Assembly (NCBI GenBank): GCA_963737655.1
Contig: CAVTTN010000002.1
Location: 4,512,001-4,576,000, forward strand
Direction: 5' to 3'
Length of the DNA stretch: 64,000 nt
DNA from: an uncultured Planctomycetota bacterium
GTDB taxonomy: Bacteria; Planctomycetota; Planctomycetia; Isosphaerales; Isosphaeraceae
Shown here: positions 48,376 through 58,671 of the stretch, piece after piece
How positions within the stretch are numbered: position 1 is the first letter of the stretch
Layout of the letters: each line of letters begins with the position of its first letter
The notes under the pieces: model-generated
Told to the model about the DNA's origin: nothing
The model's database searches: none
The model's input: only the letters and a program-made list of their open reading frames with translations
Translations under genes and position numbers: made by a program

Positions 48376-50247
48376 TCAGGTCGTGCTGGGGGCCGTCCGG
48401 CTGATGGTCATGGTCACGCTCTGGCCGCCGTTGAGCAGGGCGCTATCCTGGCCCACGATCCCCGAAGCCGAGAGGATCAGTTGCAGGGTGCCCTTGGTCG
48501 GGGCCGCCTGCTTGAGGTTGATCGTGGTGGTGAACGTCGAGGCGTCATAAGAGACGCTCTTGATCGCCAGGAACTTCTTGCCCTTGGTGCCGTTGCGCAC
48601 CTGATAGGACGAGACGCTGCCGGCCAGGACCGGGTTCAACGCGGTGTTGAACTGGACGGTCACGACCTTGCCCCCCTTGACCTTCTTGCCGGTGCCCGTG
48701 GTGAGGCTCACGACCGAGAGGGCCAGGGGCGCCGGGGCGGTGGTCCGGGCCACTCCCCCGCCGGTGGAGAAGACGATCTTGCCGTCGCCCTGGAGCGCGA
48801 TGTTGCCGTAGGGCGTCGCCCCTCCCAGGAGGCCGACGCCTCCGGTGCCGTACGAGGAATCCAGGGCCCCGGCGGTCGTGAGCTTGGCGAACAGGCCGAT
48901 GGAATCATACTGGCCCGGCCGCGAGGCCGTCCCGGCGACGACCAGGGAGCCGTCGGGCAGGACGACCAGGCCGGAGCCCGTGGTGCTGACGGCCGTGCCG
49001 AGCAGGGTCGAGGGCATGGCGAACTTGCCGGTCGTGTTGAACGTCGTGTCCAGGGCGCCCGAGGAGGTCAGGCGGGTCACGGTCAGGTCGCTCGTGGAGT
49101 TCGCCGAGTTGCCGGCCGACGAGGAACCCGTGCTGACCGACGAGGTCCCGACCAGGACGATATTGGTGCCGGCCAGGGCCACGGCGGAGGCGGAGTCCGA
49201 CTTGTCGCCGCCGAGGTCGTAGGCCACCGTCTTCTTGCCGCCGGTGCCGAAGGAGCCGTCGAGCGAGCCGTCGGAGTTCAGCCGGGCCACCGCGATATCG
49301 CTCGTGGAGAAGGTATCCGCGCCCGAGGTGATGTCGGCCAGCCCGGCCGAGCCGGCGAGGATGACCTTGCCGTCGCTGCCCACGGTCACCGCCGAGGCGA
49401 TGTCGGAATTCGCCCCGCCGAGGTCGAAGGCGACGACCTGCTCGCCGGTCTTGTTGAACGTCGTGTCGAGGCTGCCGTCGGCGTTCAGCCGGGCCACGGC
49501 CATGTCCTGCGACCCGAGGACCGGCGTCCCGTTGACGACCGAGCCCGGGGTCTGCGTGCTCCCGGCCACGACGATCTTGCCGCCGGGGGCCAGGGCCAGG
49601 CTCGTGGGCGTGTCGGAGACGTTGCCGGTGGTGTTGGTCGGGGTGAAATCGACGAGGCGATAGCCCGTGCCATTGAACGACGTGTCGATCGTGCCGTTGG
49701 CGTTGAGCCGGGCCACGGCGAAATCGGCGATGGTGTTGGTCACTCCCGAGCCGAGGTTCCTCGTCGAGGTGCTGCCCAGGACCAGGATCTTGCCGTCGCT
49801 CTGGATGGCCAGGTCCACGCCCGTGCCGTCCAGGGCGGTGGTCCCCGAGGTCAGGGCGATCGTCGCCACCCCGTTCGTGCCGAAGCCGTTGTCGATCGTG
49901 GAATTCGCGTTCAGCCGCTCCACGATCACGTCGGTGGAACTGGTGGAGGAGGTGGCCGTCGAGGTGTAGGTGCTGCGGGTCCCGACGGCCAGGATCTTGC
50001 CATCGGACTGGATCGCGACGTTGCCGAAGTAGCTGTAGATGGACGTGGCGTTCCCGCTGCTCGATGGGTTGCTGGACAGGGAGATGCCGCCCAGCCCGAA
50101 CGTCGGGTCGAGCCCGAGCGCCGCCATCAGGTCGCGATTCTCCAGGCCCTCCACTCGCAAGGGGCGGACCAGGCGAGAGCGGCGACGGCGATCGACCCGG
50201 GACGCGGCGGACGCGACGGGGACGGGATTTCGGAAGAACATGAACAT
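48376..50247 (-). CDS. Secreted delta-60 repeat protein with planctomycete LEPR-xLL leader
   Basis: RPLRVEGLENRDLMA; repeated Q.DGKI..G and ARLN.DG.LD.TF...G units. Confidence 0.88.
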   Translation of the reverse strand: MFMFFRNPVPVASAASRVDRRRRSRLVRPLRVEGLENRDLMAALGLDPTFGLGGISLSSNPSSSGNATSIYSYFGNVAIQSDGKILAVGTRSTYTSTATSSTSSTDVIVERLNANSTIDNGFGTNGVATIALTSGTTALDGTGVDLAIQSDGKILVLGSTSTRNLGSGVTNTIADFAVARLNANGTIDTSFNGTGYRLVDFTPTNTTGNVSDTPTSLALAPGGKIVVAGSTQTPGSVVNGTPVLGSQDMAVARLNADGSLDTTFNKTGEQVVAFDLGGANSDIASAVTVGSDGKVILAGSAGLADITSGADTFSTSDIAVARLNSDGSLDGSFGTGGKKTVAYDLGGDKSDSASAVALAGTNIVLVGTSSVSTGSSSAGNSANSTSDLTVTRLTSSGALDTTFNTTGKFAMPSTLLGTAVSTTGSGLVVLPDGSLVVAGTASRPGQYDSIGLFAKLTTAGALDSSYGTGGVGLLGGATPYGNIALQGDGKIVFSTGGGVARTTAPAPLALSVVSLTTGTGKKVKGGKVVTVQFNTALNPVLAGSVSSYQVRNGTKGKKFLAIKSVSYDASTFTTTINLKQAAPTKGTLQLILSASGIVGQDSALLNGGQSVTMTISRTAPSTT

Positions 50248-50668
50248 GAAGTTACCTTCTCGATCGAACGATTGCGGGCGGATCCTTCCCGGTCGGTACG
50301 AATCCGTTCGAGGACGGAGCCACCCTCGCCGGCCCGGCGGTGATGCGATGTCACCTCCCGGGGAATCGGCGAGGGACTGGAGCGTCCCATCGGCTGGGGT
50401 CTTCCCGATCGGACCTGACGTGGGGGGTCCGACCTCGCGAGGTGGGCGATCTTCGCCGCTGGGGGAGACTGTACCCGGTGACTCCGAGCCCAAATACGGG
50501 CGTCCGGTCGGGATGTTCCGATTTTCCTCCATTTGCCGCCTTCCTTCGCCCGGGGAGTCCGACGCGAATCCCCGCCCGATGCCATCGGCAAGGCCGGGCG
50601 AGCGGAGCGTTTCGGCGGGTTCGGGGATGGGAGACCGGAGGCGGCCCATCGGCGGCCGACCGCGCGGC

Positions 50669-51940
50669 TCACCCCGGGGCATCCCCTCCCGGCAAGGGGC
50701 GAGCCGGGACGCCCACCACCGTCTCGCCGGGCGCGACGTCGTGCCCCTTCGTCACGACCGCCCCCGCACCCACGGTGGCCCCGTCCCCCACCTTCACCGG
50801 GGCGATCAGGATCGAGCCGGCGCCGATCATGGTCCCGGCGCCGATCTCCGTCCGGCCCTTGGTCTTGCCGTTGAAATTCGCGGTGATCGCCCCGGCCGAG
50901 ACGTTCGCCCGGGGGCCGACCGTGGCGTCTCCCAGGTAGGCGAGGTGCCTCGCCAGGGCCCCGTCGGCCAGCTCCGATCGGACGACCTCCACGAAGGCGC
51001 CCACCTCCACGCCGTCGCCCAGGACGGTGCCGTCTCGCAGGTGGGCGAACGGCCCGATCCGGCACCCTCGGCCGATCTTGACCGTGCCGGTGATCACGCT
51101 GAACGGGAAAATGACGGTGTCCGGGCCGATCTCCGCCCGGCCGTCGATGTAGGTGCTCCTCGGGTCCACCACGCTCACGCCGTCGGTCATCAGGCGGTCG
51201 GCGATCCGATTTTGCATGAGCCCGTGGGCCTGCGAAAGGTGCTGTCGCGTATTCACTCCCAAAATATCCTCGGGCGAGAGGACCGGCAGCGCGAGCACCT
51301 TCCGATGCATCTCCTGGAGGATCGCCGGGGCGTCGGTCAGGTAGTACTCGCCCTGGGCGTTGCCGGTGGTCAGGCGGTCGAGGGCTTCCCAGAGGCCGGG
51401 GAGTTCGAAGACGTAGCAGCTCGGGTTGACCTCGGTGATCGCCGCTTCCTCGGGCGTGCAGTCGCGCTGCTCGACGATCCGGAGGAACCGGCCGGCGGAA
51501 TCCCGCAAGATCCGGCCGAAGCCGGTCGGGTCGGGGACGATGGCCGTCCCCAGGAGGCACGCGGCCCCTTCGGATCGCTGGCGGTCGAGCAGGTCGGCCA
51601 GGGGCTCGGGGCGGATCAGCGGCTCGTCCCCCACGAGGACGAACGCCGGGCCCGAGTAGTCGCCGAGGACCGGCTTGCACGCGCGGACTGCGTCCCCGGT
51701 GCCGAGCTGCTGCTCCTGGACGGCGAACAGGACGTCGGGCTCGTTCGCCAGGGCGGTGCGGACCTGGTCGGCCCCGGCGCCGACGACCACGACGATCGTC
51801 CTGGCCCCGGCGCCGCGGACGGCCTCGACGACGTAGGAGATCATCGGCCGCCCGCAGACCTCGTGGAGGACTTTCGCCTTCCCCGACCTCATCCGCTTGC
51901 CATGCCCGGCCGCCAGGAGGATCGCCACCGGTCCATCCAT
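50669..51940 (-). CDS. glmU: Bifunctional UDP-GlcNAc pyrophosphorylase / glucosamine-1-P acetyltransferase
   Basis: LAAGHGKRMRS..KVLH, QLGTGDAV, GEYYLTD, hexapeptide repeats, YLGDA. Confidence 0.92.
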   Translation of the reverse strand: MDGPVAILLAAGHGKRMRSGKAKVLHEVCGRPMISYVVEAVRGAGARTIVVVVGAGADQVRTALANEPDVLFAVQEQQLGTGDAVRACKPVLGDYSGPAFVLVGDEPLIRPEPLADLLDRQRSEGAACLLGTAIVPDPTGFGRILRDSAGRFLRIVEQRDCTPEEAAITEVNPSCYVFELPGLWEALDRLTTGNAQGEYYLTDAPAILQEMHRKVLALPVLSPEDILGVNTRQHLSQAHGLMQNRIADRLMTDGVSVVDPRSTYIDGRAEIGPDTVIFPFSVITGTVKIGRGCRIGPFAHLRDGTVLGDGVEVGAFVEVVRSELADGALARHLAYLGDATVGPRANVSAGAITANFNGKTKGRTEIGAGTMIGAGSILIAPVKVGDGATVGAGAVVTKGHDVAPGETVVGVPARPLPGGDAPG

Positions 51941-52046
51941 CGATCGCATGCCCCGTCCGGCCAGGTTGAGGAGGAAGCCAGGTCGCGGAGATCATAGACG
52001 GACGGCCCGGGGCCGTCAAATCGGGGGCGGACCGGCGGCCTCGGAA

Positions 52047-52142
52047 CTCACCACGAAGCCACGAAGGGCACGAAGGCAGGCACAAAGCACGCGATCGTCT
52101 TCTTTGTGCCTGCCTTCGTGCCCTTCGTGGCTTCGTGGTGAG
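52047..52142. repeat. Perfect 41-bp inverted repeat with CACGAAG sub-repeats
   Basis: Arms 52047-52087 and 52102-52142, 14-nt loop. Confidence 0.9.
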
Positions 52143-52281
52143 ATCAGGCGACCGGCCGGCTCCGGGCAACCGGCATCGCGAACCTTGAACCGGAGCCGCG
52201 CATCTGGCAGGATGGCGGGCCCGAGCCGAGGGCGGATTCGCCCCTCGGACCGTCTCCCGACAGGAAGAGGCCCGGTCGCCG

Positions 52282-52569
52282 ATGTCGCTATCGTCCGAGG
52301 ACGTCGCCAAGGTCGCCCTGCTCGCCCGGTTGCGGCTCTCCGCCGAGGAGCTCGCCACTTTCACCGGCCAGCTCAACTCGATCGTCGAGTTCGTCGATCA
52401 GCTCCAGAAACTCGACACGAAGGACGTGGAGCCCCTGGCCCACGGCGTCGAGGTCCGCAACGTCTTCCGCGAGGACGTCCGCGGCGAGTCCCTGCCCCGG
52501 GCCGACGCTCTGGCCAATGCCCCGAAGCGGAACTCCGAGAGCTTCCTCGTCCCGGCCGTCCTCGAATGA
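52282..52569 (+). CDS. gatC: Asp/Glu-tRNA amidotransferase subunit C
   Basis: V.KVALLARL, L..LDT..VEP, N.FRED, LANAP....F.VPAV. Confidence 0.95.
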   Translation: MSLSSEDVAKVALLARLRLSAEELATFTGQLNSIVEFVDQLQKLDTKDVEPLAHGVEVRNVFREDVRGESLPRADALANAPKRNSESFLVPAVLE

Positions 52570-52621
52570 GCGCCGAGCCCGCCCATTTCCTCCCCCTCGA
52601 TCCCCGAAGACCGGCCCTCTC

Positions 52622-54118
52622 ATGATCGACCCGACCGTCTCGACCGCCGTGAGCCTCCTCGCCGCGATGAACCGGGGCGACGTCTCGGCCGAGGAGGTCG
52701 CGCGAGCCTACCTCGATCGCGCCGAGAAGCTCAATCCCGGCCTGAACGTCTTCCTCCACCGGGACGCCGACAAGGCCCTCGACGAGGCGCGGGCCGTCGA
52801 TGCCAAACGCCGGAGCGGCCAGCCGTTGGGGAAGCTGGCGGGCGTCCCGATCGCGATCAAGGACGTCCTCTGCACCCGAGGCGAGCCGACCACCTGCGGG
52901 AGCCGGATGCTCCGCACGTTTCGCCCTCCGTATGACGCGACGGTCATCGCCAAGCTCCGGGCCGAGGACGCCGTGATCGTCGGCAAGACGAACATGGACG
53001 AGTTCGCGATGGGCTCCTCCACGGAGAACAGCGCGTTCGGCCCCACGCCGCAACCCGTGGGACCCGTCTCGAATCCCCGGGGCTCCTCGGGCGGCTCGGC
53101 GGCGGCCGTGGCGGCGGACCTCGCGCCGATCTCTCTCGGGTCGGACACCGGCGGCTCGATCCGCCAGCCGGCGGCCCTCTGCGGGATCACCGGCCTGAAG
53201 CCGACGTATGGCCGGGTCAGCCGGTACGGCCTGATCGCCTTCGCCAGCTCGCTCGACCAGGTCGGCCCGTTCTCGCACGACCTGGCCGACACCGCCCTGT
53301 TGCTCGGGGCGATCGCCGGCCGGGACCCGGCCGACAGCACGAGCGTCGATCGGCCGGTGCCGGACTACCTCGCGACCCTCGATCAGCCCTTGCCGAAGCT
53401 CCGGGTCGGCCTCGTCCGCGAGTTCTCCGGCGAGGGCGTCGACCCGGAGATCGCCTCGGCGATCGACGAGGCCGTGAACGTGTTCAAGAAGGCAGGTGCC
53501 GAGATCAGGGAGGTCTCGCTGCCTCATTCGTCGTATGGAATCCCCGCCTATTACATCGTGGCCCCGGCGGAGTGCTCCAGCAATCTCGCCCGGTACGACG
53601 GCACGATCTTCGGCCACCGCGCCGAGGACTTCTCGCCCGCGACCCCCGAGGAAGCCGAGATCCCGCCGTTGATCCGGATGATGATGGCCAGCCGGGCCGA
53701 GGGGTTCGGCGCCGAGGTGAAGCGGAGGATCATGCTCGGGACGTTCGCGCTGTCCTCCGGCTACGCGGACCAGTATTATAACCAGGCGCTGAAGGTCCGC
53801 CGCCTGATCCGCAACGACTTCGACCGGGCGTTCGCCGAGGTGGACGTGATCCTCGGCCCGACCACGCCGACCGCCGCGTTCCGCCTCGGGGAGAAGACGT
53901 CCGACCCGTTGGCGATGTACCTCTCGGACATCTTCACCATCACCACCAACCTCGCCGGAATCCCCGGGATTAGCGTGCCCTGCGGCCTCACGAAATCGGG
54001 CCTGCCCATCGGCATGCAGATGCTCGCCCCGGCCTTCGCCGAGGAGACCCTGCTGAGGGCCGCCCGGGCGTTCGAACGAGAGACCGACTGGCACGCCCGA
54101 AGGCCGGGGATCGGCTGA
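52622..54118 (+). CDS. gatA: Asp/Glu-tRNA amidotransferase subunit A
   Basis: GVPIAIKD, GKTNMDEFAMGSSTE, GSSGGS, GSDTGGSIRQPA, SSNLARYDG, EVKRRIMLGT. Confidence 0.97.
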   Translation: MIDPTVSTAVSLLAAMNRGDVSAEEVARAYLDRAEKLNPGLNVFLHRDADKALDEARAVDAKRRSGQPLGKLAGVPIAIKDVLCTRGEPTTCGSRMLRTFRPPYDATVIAKLRAEDAVIVGKTNMDEFAMGSSTENSAFGPTPQPVGPVSNPRGSSGGSAAAVAADLAPISLGSDTGGSIRQPAALCGITGLKPTYGRVSRYGLIAFASSLDQVGPFSHDLADTALLLGAIAGRDPADSTSVDRPVPDYLATLDQPLPKLRVGLVREFSGEGVDPEIASAIDEAVNVFKKAGAEIREVSLPHSSYGIPAYYIVAPAECSSNLARYDGTIFGHRAEDFSPATPEEAEIPPLIRMMMASRAEGFGAEVKRRIMLGTFALSSGYADQYYNQALKVRRLIRNDFDRAFAEVDVILGPTTPTAAFRLGEKTSDPLAMYLSDIFTITTNLAGIPGISVPCGLTKSGLPIGMQMLAPAFAEETLLRAARAFERETDWHARRPGIG

Positions 54119-54562
54119 TGGCGGCCAGCCGGAGCTACCTCCCGGGCGCGGGCGCTCCTCGACCTGGAACGGGCGGCCGAGGAACGCCTGACGGATTCGC
54201 AGGCCCTGCTCGCCGCGGGCCGCCACGCCGCCTCGATCGCGATGGGGATCTATGCCCTGGAGATCACCTTGAAAGTGGCCATCTGCCGGAGGTTGGACCT
54301 GCCCGCGTTGCCCAGGCCGTTCGAGATCCACGACCTCGAATCCCTGGGCGTCGCCGCCGGGCTCCCCCGGCGGATCCTCGCGGTCACGCGTCCCCGGGCG
54401 GTCCCGCAGAACTCGCAGGAACTGGTCACCGTTTCGAGGGATGTCGATCGGTTTCGCTACGCCATCGACCCGAGTTGGGATCGGGCCCTGGCCGAGGACC
54501 TCCGCGATCGGCTGATCGCCAGGCCGGGAGGGGTGATCTTATGGCTCCGGAAGAAGAAGTGA
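54118..54562 (+). CDS. HEPN-domain protein (1-nt frameshift near 54140)
   Basis: AEERLTDSQALLAAGRH..SI.MGIYALEITLKVAI....FEIHDLESL....RFRY; ATG coupled to gatA stop but out of frame by one extra C. Confidence 0.7.
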
Positions 54563-54972
54563 AGGATGCCGTCGTCGCCCTCGCCAGGGCCCTCCGGAAG
54601 TTCGCCAAGGCGCGTTCCTGGCCCCCCGGCGACATGCGCATCCTGATCACCGTGAACATGAAGTGGGATCTTTTTCATGTTTTCTTGATCGGCGACCGGT
54701 TCGAGACCGGCGACCCCCCCGCCGATCAGGACCTCTACGACGACATCGGCGACTTCCTCGACGAGGAGCTGAAGGACGACCTCCCCCTCCGCCGATCGAC
54801 CGGCTTCCTGACCAAGTCGCCGGCCGAATGGCGGCGACGGGGCGGCCTGCACCTCGGCCCCGACGATCTCCTGATCGATGAGGCGGACCTCGCCCGATGG
54901 GTCGAGGCCGCCCCCGAAACCGATCCCGAACACGAACACGAAACCGAACCGTCCCGACCGCATGCCGGCTGA
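54541..54972 (+). CDS. Hypothetical protein, partner of the HEPN gene
   Basis: 143 aa, acidic; GGAGGGG upstream; overlaps HEPN gene 3' end. Confidence 0.65.
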   Translation: MAPEEEVKDAVVALARALRKFAKARSWPPGDMRILITVNMKWDLFHVFLIGDRFETGDPPADQDLYDDIGDFLDEELKDDLPLRRSTGFLTKSPAEWRRRGGLHLGPDDLLIDEADLARWVEAAPETDPEHEHETEPSRPHAG

Positions 54973-54990
54973 GGGGGAGTGGATCTCGCG

Positions 54991-56466
54991 ATGGATTACA
55001 CGATCGTCATCGGCCTGGAAGTCCACGTGCAACTGCTGACCGAGAGCAAGATGTTCTCGTCGTGCGGGACCGACTTCGGCCTCCCGCCGAACACGCAAAC
55101 CGACCCGGTCTCGCTCGGCCTGCCGGGGACGCTCCCCGTGATGAACGCGAAGGCGTTCGAGCTGGCCCTGAAGACCGCCGTGGCGCTCGGGGCCGAGATC
55201 GCCCCGTTCACCAAGTGGGACCGGAAGAACTATTACTATCCCGACCTGCCCAAGAACTATCAGATCAGCCAGTATGACCTGCCGTTCAGCCGAGGGGGCC
55301 ACCTCGCCGTGCCCGTCCTGAAGGACGGCTCCGGAGGCGGGACGTGCCGGCTGACCCGCGTCCACCTCGAAGAGGACACCGGCAAGCTCACCCACGGCGC
55401 CGGGGCGTTCTCCGAGGTCGACCTGAATCGCGCCGGCATCCCCTTGCTGGAGATCGTGACCGACCCCGACCTCCGAACCCCGGCCGAGGCCAAGGCGTGC
55501 CTGGAGGAATTGCGGCTGACGCTCCGCTACCTCGGCGTCTCCGACTGCGAGATGCAGGAAGGCTCGCTCCGGTGCGATGCCAACGTGAACATCCACATCC
55601 CCCACGACGGCGGCACGGTCGCCACGCCGATCGTGGAAATCAAGAACCTCAACAGCTTCCGATCGGTCGAGCGCGCCCTGCAATATGAGGCGGAACGCCA
55701 ATTCGACAAGTGGAAACGCGACGGCCTGACGATCAAGGACGCGCCCAAGGAGACCCGGGGCTGGAACGACGCCGACGGCTCGACCCGCCCTCAGAGGCAG
55801 AAGGAGACGGCCGCCGACTACCGCTATTTCCCCGAGCCCGACCTGGTACCGGTGGTCGTGGAGGAGGCGTGGGTCGAGCGGGTCCGGGCGTCGATCGGCG
55901 AGCTTCCGGGGGCGCGGCGGACCCGGTTCGAGGCCGAGTACGGGCTTTCGCCGTATGACGCCAACGTGCTGGTCGAGCAGGGCCAGGAGGTCGCCGACTA
56001 CTTCGACGCCGTGGCCCGCGCCACCGGCGAGGCGAAGCTGGCGAGCAACTGGGTCCAGCAGGACGTCCTCCGCGTGGCCAAGGAGCGCAAGGTCTCGCTG
56101 GCCGAGTTCCCCGTCGGCCCGGACGCGCTGGCGGACCTGATCCATCGGGTCAAGCGCAAGGAATTGAACACGAACCAGGGGCGCGAGGTCCTGGCGAAGG
56201 CGATCGAGACCGGCGGGCCGATCGAGGAGATCGTCCAGGCCGGCGGCTACGGGATGGTCAGCGACAAGGACGCGATCCTCGCCGCCGTCGAGGCCGCCCT
56301 GGCCGCGAACCCCAAGGCCCTGGACGACCTGAAGGGCGGCAAGAAGAAGCCCGACGCCGTGAAGGGCTTCCTCCGCGGCCAGGTCATGAAGCAGACCGGG
56401 GGCAAGGCCGACCCGGCGCTGGTCGGCGAGGTCCTCGACGCGAAGCTCGCCGAGCTGGCTTCCTGA
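54991..56466 (+). CDS. gatB: Asp/Glu-tRNA amidotransferase subunit B
   Basis: IGLEVHVQL, RKNYYYPDLPK.YQISQ, HLEEDTGK, NRAG.PL.EIVT, DYRYFPEPDL. Confidence 0.97.
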   Translation: MDYTIVIGLEVHVQLLTESKMFSSCGTDFGLPPNTQTDPVSLGLPGTLPVMNAKAFELALKTAVALGAEIAPFTKWDRKNYYYPDLPKNYQISQYDLPFSRGGHLAVPVLKDGSGGGTCRLTRVHLEEDTGKLTHGAGAFSEVDLNRAGIPLLEIVTDPDLRTPAEAKACLEELRLTLRYLGVSDCEMQEGSLRCDANVNIHIPHDGGTVATPIVEIKNLNSFRSVERALQYEAERQFDKWKRDGLTIKDAPKETRGWNDADGSTRPQRQKETAADYRYFPEPDLVPVVVEEAWVERVRASIGELPGARRTRFEAEYGLSPYDANVLVEQGQEVADYFDAVARATGEAKLASNWVQQDVLRVAKERKVSLAEFPVGPDALADLIHRVKRKELNTNQGREVLAKAIETGGPIEEIVQAGGYGMVSDKDAILAAVEAALAANPKALDDLKGGKKKPDAVKGFLRGQVMKQTGGKADPALVGEVLDAKLAELAS

Positions 56467-56489
56467 ATTCGACTCATCGAGGTCCTTCC

Positions 56490-57353
56490 ATGCAACCGAT
56501 CGACCGCCGCCAGTTCCTCGCCGCCTCGGCCGCCTCCCTCGGGGCCGCCCCCGCCCTGGGACGGGCCGACGACCCGAAGTCGATGCCGTGGAAGAAGGCG
56601 TTCATGCTCGGCCAGTCGAAGGGGCCGATCCTGCCCACCTTCCGGCTGCTGAAGGAGGCCGGGTTCGAGGGCGTCGAGCTCGTCAGCCCGAACTCGCTCG
56701 ACCGCGACGAGGTGATCAAGGCCCGCGACGAGACGGGCTTGACCATCCACGGGGTCTCCGGCTCGGTCCACTGGTCGGCCCCGCTCTCCAGCCCCGACCC
56801 GAAGGTCGTGGCCCGGGGGATGGACGCGATCCTCCAGGAATTCGAGGACGTGAAGGCGTATGGAGGCACCACGGTCCTCGTCGTCCCGGCCGTCGTGAAC
56901 AAGGAGGTCTCGCATCGCGATGCTTACAATCGCTCGCAAGACAATCTTCGCAAGTTGATCCCCAAGGCGGAGGCCGTGGGCGTCAAGATCGCGATCGAGG
57001 AGGTCTGGAACAAGTTCCTTTTGAGCGCCCCGGAGTTCTCCCGGTACATCGACGAGTTCGGGACCGACGCCGTCGGCGCCTACTTCGACGTGGGCAACGT
57101 CGTCGAGTACGGATATCCGCAAGAGTGGATTCGCGAGCTGGGCCGGCGCATCCTCAAAATTCACATCAAGGAATACGCCAAGCCGAAGCGGTTCGACTAC
57201 AAGCTCGGCGAGGGGGAGATCGACTGGAAGGCGGTCCGCGAGGCCCTGGTCTCGGTGGGATACCGCGGCTGGATCACGGCCGAGGTCGGCCTGGGCGACC
57301 TGGACGCGATGAAGGACGTGGTCCGGCGGATGGACTCGATCCTGGGCGTCTAG
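56490..57353 (+). CDS. Tat-exported sugar phosphate isomerase/epimerase (xylose-isomerase-like TIM barrel)
   Basis: DRRQFL signal; AGFEGVEL, IEEVWNKFL, YFDVGN, HIKE, GEIDW. Confidence 0.88.
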   Translation: MQPIDRRQFLAASAASLGAAPALGRADDPKSMPWKKAFMLGQSKGPILPTFRLLKEAGFEGVELVSPNSLDRDEVIKARDETGLTIHGVSGSVHWSAPLSSPDPKVVARGMDAILQEFEDVKAYGGTTVLVVPAVVNKEVSHRDAYNRSQDNLRKLIPKAEAVGVKIAIEEVWNKFLLSAPEFSRYIDEFGTDAVGAYFDVGNVVEYGYPQEWIRELGRRILKIHIKEYAKPKRFDYKLGEGEIDWKAVREALVSVGYRGWITAEVGLGDLDAMKDVVRRMDSILGV

Positions 57354-58671
57354 GATCGTCGATTTGGTAACTTCCCGAGCTCATGCCCCGCTCGGGACGG
57401 CCCTGTAATTCCACTTCGGCAGGATCTCGTCGAACTCGATCTTCATGTTCTGCTTGAATCCCTCCGCATACTTCCGCCCCGTCTGGTAGATCTTGTCCAG
57501 GATGTCCACCGTCACCCGCAACCCCGTGCTCGTACTCGCCTTCTCCATCAACTCCTTCACCAACTCCACGCTCTCGAAGATCACACCCTGGCACGCTCGG
57601 CTCAGGTGCGGGAACAGTCGATGCTCGATCGGGTTGTACTTCGAGCAGTAGGGCGGGTAGTGGGCCACTCGGATCTCGATCCCCAGGCGATCCACCAGCT
57701 TCTGCAGGTCCTCCTTGAAGAGGTATTGGCTGGCGCTGTTGCTGCCGCCGCCGTCGCACAGCAGGAGGATCGAGGTCGCACCAGGGTAGAGGGCCTGACC
57801 CTTCCCCCGCCACCATCGCTCGATGCTCTCGCAGGCGAACTCGCCGGTGTCGTGGCTGGTCCCCAGGTTCACATGACCGTCGTTGTGTTTCACGTCGTAC
57901 AACCCGTGCGGGATGACCACGCCCGCGGCGAAGCTGGGGAAGTCATGGTCGAACACCTTGATGATCTCCCGTGTCAGGAGGTGCCCGGCACGGTAGAAGT
58001 CGCCGATCAGCTCCTTCTTCTTGGTGTCCATGCTCACGACGGGATTGCCCGACCCGAGATATTCCCGCTTCAGCCGGGCGATGTTCTCGAACTGCTGGTT
58101 GCGATCGGGGTGCCCGCCCATCGCCTTGGCTTTCTGGGCCTTGCGGGTCACGTAGCCGTGCTTCTTGAGCAGTTGCTTGACCACCGGCACGCTGACCGGC
58201 GTGCCGGCCTCGGCCAAGTGGCCGGCGATTTGTTCATAGGTCAAGTCGGTCCACCGGACTTCCCGCCGCATGGGGTCGCCCGCCGTGTGATCCTGGAGTA
58301 CCCGGAGGAAGTTCTCCTCCAGCAGCGGGATGTTGCCTATGCACGGCTTCGGCCCGCCCCTTTTTTACGGATCCGGTCGTCGAGCCCGTCGGGGAGTCGA
58401 GCCAGGTCTTCTTTGCCCTGGCGGATCGTCTTTGGGTCGCAGCCCAAGAGGTTGGAAATATACTCCGTTCCCCCATGCCCAAGCTTGGCGGCCTCGATCG
58501 CCGCATATCGCCTGCGATCCTTCTCCGAGAGTGAGGTATGGAACATCCGCATGGAATGCTCGATCTCGGGGCTGTAGGTCATAGCCGGGCGTCCGGTGCG
58601 AGGTCATGATTGTCCTGGCTACGGTTATACGATGCGGACGGCGAATCGGGAAGTTATCAAATTGGCGATCC
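57353..58671 (-). mobile_element. ISAzo13-family insertion sequence
   Basis: Imperfect TIRs GGATCGTCGATTTGGTAACTTCCCGA / TCGGGAAGTTATCAAATTGGCGATCC; 3-bp direct repeat CTA (57350-57352, 58672-58674). Confidence 0.9.
57381..58582 (-). CDS. ISAzo13-family DDE transposase, two ORFs joined by -1 shift at AAAAAAGGGG (58357-58366)
   Basis: ORF A LSEKDRRRYAAIEA.KLG.GG; ORF B DRN.QF..I, SMDTKKKE, HDT.EFA, DGGGSN, HYPPYCSKYNPIEHRLF. Confidence 0.9.
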
